This document shows positions 15,001 to 24,000 of a DNA stretch of 64,000 bases, piece by piece. A program made the translations under genes and the position numbers. The notes under the pieces are model-generated. The model was not told the origin of the DNA. It worked only from the letters and a program-made list of their open reading frames with translations, and did no database searches. Origin of the DNA: an uncultured Methanosarcinales archaeon (GTDB lineage Archaea; Nanobdellota; Nanobdellia; Woesearchaeales; CAZPJY01); the NCBI GenBank assembly GCA_964587045.1, contig CAZPJY010000001.1:1-64000 (forward strand), given 5' to 3'. Numbering within the stretch: position 1 is the first letter of the stretch; the number at the start of each line of letters is the position of its first letter.

Positions 15001-18000
15001 ACTTTCTCGGAAGCCAACTTCGCTGGCATCAGCGGAGCTTCTGGCATCCACATCTCGGGCAGCAGCTTCTGGTTCGCCGCGCGGCCGCCTGCCCAGATAA
15101 ACCTGACCGTCACCGACCGCGTCGGCCTGACGGGCTGGGACGCAGTCTCGGTGTCGCACGACGACGAAGGGCCCGTCATAGCCCTCCATAACATATCTGA
15201 TGGGATGATACTATCAGAGACAGGAGCAGTCACGAGGAACAACCAGCCGACACTGACAGTTCAGACTGATGAGGATTCGACATGCACGCTGACCAGGACC
15301 TACCCAGCAGACTTCAACCCACTCACGATGTCAGGCACCGCAACCACGCACACCTACACGTTCGATGCGGCGAACGAGCTAGAGGTTGAGAATGCGCTCG
15401 CGCTGTACGGCAACAGGAACAGGTTCACGGTGAACTGCACGGACTCGCTCGAGAACGCCGGCTCAGAGGAGATATTCGTCGCGTACGACAACTCTACGCC
15501 GACGATGGTGTTCGGGGTGACCAACCCCGAGGCAGGGGACACTATCGAATCCCCTGAGGGGACAGGGTTCTACCTCACAACGCTCACTGTTGAAGCCGCG
15601 GAGGTGTACACCTGGCCCGCCAGCCTGAACCGCGCAGAGGATGTTCGCTGCAGGTACGCAGGAGGCAAGGATTATGTGCTACCGCCGCTTGCCCTGTCAG
15701 ACCCGGCCACGTTCTACACCACCATGACCCCGTTCCCCGAGGACTGGGATTCTACCCACGCCCAAGCCCTCCAGATGGTCACCCTGGTCGCGCTGTACAG
15801 CAGCCTCAGCGGGAACTGGACCTACTACGCCAACTGCGTCGACCAGGCGGGAAACCTTGGCGACCTGCAACGCCTCGACTTCATTGTAGACTTCGACAAC
15901 CTCGTGGTCACCATCACAAGGCCGGAATATAATATATATTACACACAGACAGTCCAGCTGGCATCCGTCTCCCAGCAGGAGGCGACTTGCGGGTACAGCG
16001 TCGGTACGGCCATCCCCTACACCGACTTCCCGAGCAACCCCGCCTATTCCCATTCCGTGATGCTGACCCTGCCCCAAGGTTCGTACACAGCGACTGTCGA
16101 GTGCTCCAGGCAGACAACCACCCTGCTGCTCGCACAGGACAGCGAGGATTTCATAATCGACCTGACGCCGCCGAGCTTCTCATCCAAGACCGCTGACGTG
16201 CCGGAAGGGGAATGGGAGACTGCTGACAACAACCTGAGCTTCACATTCACGTTCAGCGATGCCAACGCGGTCAACCGTATCGAGATAGGGATATACGACG
16301 AACAGGGTAGGGCGCTGGGCAGCCCGACAATCTACGTCTCGCCGGACAACGCGTCCACGATGAGCGCCACGCTCAGCCTGACCTCATGGCCAGACGGCTG
16401 GTACACAGTCCGCGCGAGGGCCGCGGACGGCGCAGGGTGGTCGGACTTCCACAACCACTCTTTCGGGGTCGACCTCAACGGGCCGAGCATCGTGATAAAC
16501 GACCCTGCCAACATGGGTTCATTCGCTTCTGTCAGCAGGCTAGATGTGGACGCATTCGACTCTGAGGGTGTGGCTAGGGTGTGGGTCACCGACGACCTCA
16601 CAGCAAACTTCACCTACGTCTCGGGCACCACTTGGGAGCTGCTGCATGACTTCATGACAGATGGCACAAGGAGGCTGCTCGTCCACGCCGTCGACACAGC
16701 TGGGAACGAGGCCACGGCCGACTGGGAGTTCAGCATCGACGCGACTCCGCCCAGCTTCCAGTTCACGACCATCCCAACCCTGAACATAGCAAGCCCCATG
16801 AGCTCCCTAACGGTCACTGCAAACGAGCCCTTGGTCTCCCCTGCCATCATTTCGGCAAGCGGATGCGTGAGGCTTGGCAGCCCCTCCGTGTCTTCAGGCA
16901 ACACCGTGTACGTTTACAACGTGACTGCGAACTCCAACACCGACAACTGCCAGTACACCATCACTGCCTCGGGAACCGACCTGGCAGGCAACCAGGGCCA
17001 GAGTACCAGCAGTGCTTTTATGGTTGACACGAGGGCTCCGGTGCCGCCCACCCTTTGGGGATCAGGCACTGTCTATTCATCTTCCAGGACATTCACCCTT
17101 TACGGAATGCATACGGCTGAGGGAGGTCTCGACTACACCTTCAGGATGAGCAACCGCTCAGGCATAGGGTTCACTTACCAGACTGCCTCCGGCCACGCCG
17201 AGGCTACGCCCATTGACGTGATAACGACATTAGGGGTATCACCCGCAGGAGCCAGCAGGTTGTTCTTCGTGGGGAACGTAAACGGCACAGTCACCAATTC
17301 GACATACCTCTCATTCAACCACAACCCTCCGCAGTACAGGCACTACGCGGTCACATCAGTCGCCTTCGATGGGTTCAACTCTGTTGTGGACATCTCTCCC
17401 GCCCTGATGGCGAGCGTGCCTGACGGCATGCAGTCCGAGGTCTACGGCACAGAGTACATGACCGGATGGTTCGCAACTAGTCTGACGCTCTCTGAGGGAC
17501 TCAACGACATATACTCGTACTCGACCGACGCTGCGGGCAATGCGGGCTCTGAGAACGGGGTCCAGCTGGTGGTCAATGTGGACACCGGCCACCCGACCAT
17601 CTTGAGGAACCAGCCGCAAGGAGTCCTAAACGACGACCAGGTGATCGTCTCTGCGGATCTCACCGACAACCCGGGAGGGGTGGGCATCGACACGTCGTCC
17701 ATCAGGATGGACCTCGAAGTGGCAGGCCTCATGAACCTGACCTTCTCATCCCGGAACCTCACATATTCAGGGGGTGTGGTGTCCTTCGACATAAGCAGTC
17801 TTGGCAGGTCGTACGCAGACCAGACCCAGCAGACGGTGCGCCTGTACGGCGAGGACCTCGCGGGCAACCCTGCAGAACTGTCGTGGAACTTCACTGTTGA
17901 CCTATCGATTCCGGACTACCCATCAGCCCAGATAACCAACCAGCTGTCTGTCGACCAGAGCGTTGAGAACGATTATGCGTACTTCACCGACACGAACGAG

Positions 18001-21000
18001 ACGGAGGTGACGTTCACCTTCCCGGATCCGAACGACCAGCTCTTCAGGGTGGACGTCGACGGCTCTGAGGAAGCTTCGGCTCTCGCGGACATACTGGCGG
18101 ATGGCACTTATTCGTCATCATGGGGCTACGGGTCGCACACGCTGCTGCTGCACATGAACAAGAGGCTTGACGCCGCTCACAATTCGTCTGATGTGGCCTA
18201 CAGGTACACGGTAGTCATCGACGACATAGCGCCTACAGGTATCACTGTCACAAATCCGAGGTTTGTTTCCGGATACGGAATTGTGGTTTCAGGAGGCTTC
18301 ATTGAAGAGAACGTCCGTAACATCACCATTTCCGGCGCGTCTGTCCAGGGAAGCCCACTGACGCTTGGCAATGCAGACTACGACAGCGACAGCTACTCAC
18401 GGGCCATAAACCTGACCGGAGCCGACGGCAACAAGACGTTCACGGTCCAGGTCGGCGACTGGGCGGGCCACACCGCGAGCGCCTCAGGATGGGTGGTGCT
18501 CGACACGACGCCGCCGAGCATCGATATAACTTCGGTGGTATCGACCGACGGCGCTGGTACTGACATGCTGTCTGATGACGTGTACGCGACTGCTGCGGGT
18601 CAGGTGAACGTGTCTGGCACTTTCTCGGAAGCCAACTTCGCTGGCATCAGCGGAGCTTCTGGCATCCACATCTCGGGCAGCAGCTTCTGGTTCGCCGCGC
18701 GGCCGCCTGCCCAGATAAACCTGACCGTCACCGACCGCGTCGGCCTGACGGGCTGGGACGCAGTCTCGGTGTCGCACGACGACGAAGGGCCGGTCATCCA
18801 GATAACCGGATTCGAACCCGGAAGGGTCATATCGGAAGATGAGGCCGTAACCACCGGCCCGACTCCCACACTAACGGTTACCACAGACGAGGACGCGGTG
18901 TGCACCCTGACAGACAATGAGCTGAGCTTTGTCACCTACCAGTTCACGAACACAGGCGCCACGTCCCACACCTTCACCTTCAACACCACCAATGCGCCTG
19001 TGATAGAGAACATGCTCCCGCAGAACCACCACAGGTATGAGGTGGCATGCGTCGACAGCCTGGACAACACAGGCTCCCAGCAGTTATACCTTACTTACGA
19101 CAACACGACCCCTGACACCCACTTCGCCCTCTCCAACCTCGTTGCGGGTGTGATCGAGTCTCCAGAAGGCATATACCTGACGACTCTCGAGGTATCGACT
19201 TTCGAGAACTACACCGGGATAGCGCCGATGGACAGGCCTGAGGAGACCAGGTGCAAGTTCGTCGGAGGCAAGGACTACACGCTTCCGGCGATATCTGACC
19301 TGCAGGGCTTCTACGACGGAAGCATGGCATATTTCACTGACGGATGGCAGGATGAGCACTCAGAACGGCTGCTCATGGCGCCGCTGGTGGCCATGTACAG
19401 CCAGCTTTCCGGCAACTGGTCCTACCATGTCGCATGCGAAGACCGCGCCGGCAACCTGGGAAGCTTGGAAAGCGTCGACTTCGAGGTCGACTTCGTGAGT
19501 CTCGAGGTAACGATAACAGCGCCGTCAGCGGATGACACGGTCTATGATGGGGATGTAACCCTCCATGCCTACGCCCAGCAGAGCGCTGACTGCTGGTACC
19601 AGGTGACTGGGCCGGACAACGTGCCAAGGACGCAGTTCCCAGACAATCCAGGATATGATCACAGCGCTTCCCTGTCCCTGCTCAATGACGGGTCGTACAC
19701 GGCGACAGTCGACTGCATGAGGCTGTCCTCCATCACCGATTCGGACAGCATAGCCTTCTCGCTGGACACGTCACCACCAGAATTCTTCAGCATAACAGCA
19801 GACATAAGCAGGGACACTTGGTCCACGGCTTCAAACTCGTTCAATTTCAGCGCGGTATATGACGATGACACGTCAGTCGTTGGTTTCGAGTACTGGCTTG
19901 GGAGTGGCGGCACCACCTATGCGCATGACGGGACTTCCCCTGGCGCACACTACTTCACAACGACCGCGAACGCGAGCAGGGAGACCCTGTCGTCGGGCTA
20001 CTATAACCTGCCTGACGGGTGGTACACCCTGTATGTCTACGCATCGGACGCTGCGAGGACATCGGCGCTCTACTCCTACAGCTTCGGGGTCGACCGGGGA
20101 GTGCCGGCAATAACCCTCGACTGGCCTGCCAACAACACCATGCACCAGACGCTATCGACATTCCAGGTCTACGCCTCTGACTCCGAAGGGGTGGAGGCTG
20201 TCTGGCTCACGGGCACGGTAAGCCTGGACCTCACGAACATAGGTGGGGACAGGTGGGGAATCACCTACGACTTCCCCGATGACACGAATTACGGCCTCAC
20301 AGTCCACGCAAACGACAGCGCTGGCCATGAGACCACCGCTTACCTCAGCTTCGGCACTGACTCGACAGACCCGTACTTCACGTTCAGCGTGGCCCCTGAC
20401 CCTGCAACGGCAGACCAGCGCCAGGTCAGGCTCGCAATCACAGCGAGCGAGGCTTTGTCGGGCGTGCCCAGAAACCCGGTGATTGACGGATGCTCACGCT
20501 CTCTGGGTCCGACTCTGGACAGCCAGACCGGCCTCACTTACTACTACAACGTCACCTTCAGGACGAATCAGGACTGCGCTTACACCGTGACAGTGGGGGG
20601 AACTGATGGCGCCGGCAACACTGGAGAGAGCGTGAGCGGGGAATACCACGTGGACACCCTGCCACCATCAGCCATGGTGCTCTGGCCACGGACGATGCCC
20701 TCTGTTATATACACCAACCGCTCGCAGTTCCCTGTCGTAGGCTACAACCCTGATGAGGGTCTGCTCACCGTGATGGTAGACCTGTGGAACGGCACGGCAG
20801 GAGTGTCCAGCAACGTCACAGGTACCTCCCGGTCTGCGCTGCTCAACACAGCAGGCCTGACCCAGCCGAGCCTCACAGGCGCGGTCATAATATACATAGA
20901 ACCGGCGTACGAGGCCGGTTTCGTGGCAGGCAACCATGTGACCTTCCCGGGAGCTGATAAGGACCACTTCCTCAGATACCCGATAATCTCAGCGCAGGGA

Positions 21001-24000
21001 CAGGCCGGATCCCTCCCGACCATAGTGACACTTGGATACGGCCTGCAGCATGACGTGAGCGGCAGCGCGAACGTCTATGCGGAAAGTCTTCCCTCCAGCT
21101 GGTTCAACGAGACGGTCAGCCTGTATCCGGGCACGAACACCATAACCGTGACCCCTGTCGATGCCGGGAACAACGTCGGGCCTGCCAGGAGCATACCTTC
21201 AGTGATGCTGGACCAGAACGCGCCGTCAATCGGGACGCGCTCTCCGACAACCACCGTAAACGACAACAGGACAGACATCGTGGCTGCCATCTCAGACGGG
21301 CAGAGCGGGATTGACGTGAGCAGGACGGAGCTCGTTATCGACGGGCTGGCTCTCAGCTGCGACAGCCCGGCAGTCACCTGCACCCAGACGGAGGTAAGAT
21401 ACGTCCCGCCAGCAGCCATGAACCCCGGCGAGCATGATGTCTCCCTGCTGATATATGACCGGGCAGGCAACAGGGACAATGCCAGCTGGACCTTCCAAAT
21501 CGACCTGAACGTGCCTGACTACCCATCGATAGTTGTCTCCAGCTTCGTCGAGGCTGCCGGGGAGCCCGGAGTCCACGAGGAGTATTACACTGTGGGTGGA
21601 AACCTGGCCATAGGCTTTGCCTATTCAGATGATGTGGTCATAACCGGGTTCACCGAACCGTCCATCACTATCAACAATGACAACAGGACCGCCAACTACA
21701 CGACCACCCTGAGCGTTGACGGGGACTACCTGTATGAGATATCCAGCGAGAAGATCATCGACCCGAGCACTGGCCAGACCAGCGCAGAGGTGCACCACCC
21801 ATTCACTCTCATTGTTGACGGGACGTCTCCGGTGCTGAATGTGGACCGACCATCCCTCTTTACAACCTCGACTAGCCTGACGGTTAGCGGGACCTTCACT
21901 GAAGGGCATGTAAAGAACATCAGCATACTCGGAGGCGTCCCCTCAACATCCGCCCTCACAGAGGGAGAATACGCAGTCAACAGGGGAAGGGGAACCTTCA
22001 GCAAGACTGTGGTCCTACCAGCCGGCGACGGGCTAAAGACGCTAACTGTCGTGATCTATGACTACACGGGACATTCCGACACAGAACAGGTTTCCACGAC
22101 CCTGGACAGGACCGCGCCCACCCTCACAATACAGGGGGTCAGGCCTTACGGTGAGGGAGGCATCATCGGCACTTACACGGTATCGTCCGACTACATCGAG
22201 ATATACGGAACCTACACCGAGACAAACGTGGCTGACTTCACTGTCCTCGAGACAGGCGATGAAGTGACCTATAATCCGGACGGGACCTTCAGCATAGTGG
22301 AGCCGGCCGGGGGAGACCAGACCTTCACCCTCATGCTCGAGGATGCTGTCGGCCACACCGCGAACGCGTCAGTCCATGTCAGCGTCGACCAGGCAGGTCC
22401 GCGGATAACCCTGACACAGCCCTGGACCAACTACACCCGGACCGAGGACGTCACGGTGGTCATCGCCACGGACGAGGCCGCCACGTGCCTCATCAACCCG
22501 GAAGCCCAAAACTACGAATTCGTGCTGTACATGGCAACGTCTGACAACAGGACCCACACTTTCTCATACGACGGCGTGGAGGCCAACATAACCAACATCG
22601 TCAACCCGTACCGCGTGTGGTGCTACGACCAACTGGCAAACAACAACTCCGTTGACCTGCAGGTTACCCTGGATTCGGTGGCGCCGAGGCTTTCCGTGAC
22701 CTACTCACCTGACCTAATAATCGACCTGGGGACGCCGCTGACGGTCCGGACTGTGACCAGGGACCAAAACAACGCTCTGGAGCCGACGTACTGCAGGTAC
22801 TCGATGTACAACTTCGACAACACCGTCAATCCGGGCTGGTACGGAATCACCCCGCCCGTGGCGTACACGAGCTCCCACACCCTAGAGCAGTACATACCGT
22901 ACGAGGAGTTCGGCGGCGGCAACGGCCACTACTCCATGAACATGACATGCTGGGACCGTGCCGGCAACGCGGACAACTACAGCTTCCAGTTCGACGTCGA
23001 CACCGAATGGCCTCTTGCGGTCTTCCTTGACTACCCGCGCTTAGGGGCGGCGTCGGGAAGCGAACTCGTGATACGCGTCAACGTGTCAAAGGAGCCTGAG
23101 AACTGCGAATATTCCGAGAGGAGAGGCCTGGTGCCCGGAGGAGACCTGGGATCGGACTCGGTGATCGGGACCTTCGGCACCTACGGAGAGATACGCGAGA
23201 CCAGCCTTGCAGGCCTCGGGACAGAGAACTACACCTTCGACGTGAGGTGCTACATAGGGACTGCTGAGGAGGACTCGGTGACGTTCAGCGTCGTTTTCGA
23301 CAACCAGGGACCGGCCCCGCCGGTGATTGTCAACCCTGCGAACAACACCAGGACAGCATCACAGTACGTCACGCTGACCGGGACCGCGGAGAGGGAGGCC
23401 CAGCTAAGGATACTGCGCGGGACTTACCTGGCCAACCTCACGACCGCCACAGGAGCCTACTCACCGCTGAATCCGGCAAACGACGGCACCTTCACGACGA
23501 CGGTCTACCTGCCGTCCGACGGCCTGTACGCCATTACGGTCGAGGCCAGGGACGCCATAGGGAACGGTCCGAACTCCACCACCATATTCGTAGAGCTCGA
23601 CAGGTCAGGGCCGACTATACACCTCTACGATCCGGCCGTCCCCGAGGTTGCCGCTTCGCCGACCACCATGTCGGGCATTGTTGACGGAAGCCCGACCCTT
23701 ATACAGGTCGCGACCATGAACTGCACATCACTGGAGGAGAGATACCTCACCAACGTGCCGACCAGCACACTGGAGACAGGAGACCAGCTGCTCGACTGGT
23801 CTAGGCTGGCGCTGCGCGCGGACAGGAACGCCCAGGCAATATCGCTTGAGGGCAACAGGTGCGGGATCTCGAGCTTCTCGGTCGGAAACTTTGCAGAGAT
23901 CGGCGGCCGCAGGTACGCTGTGACCAGCTGCTCCTACCAGACAATATTCAGCCGGACGAACGTGGGGCTGGACGGCCGCCTGCCACAGACTTTCAACGCG

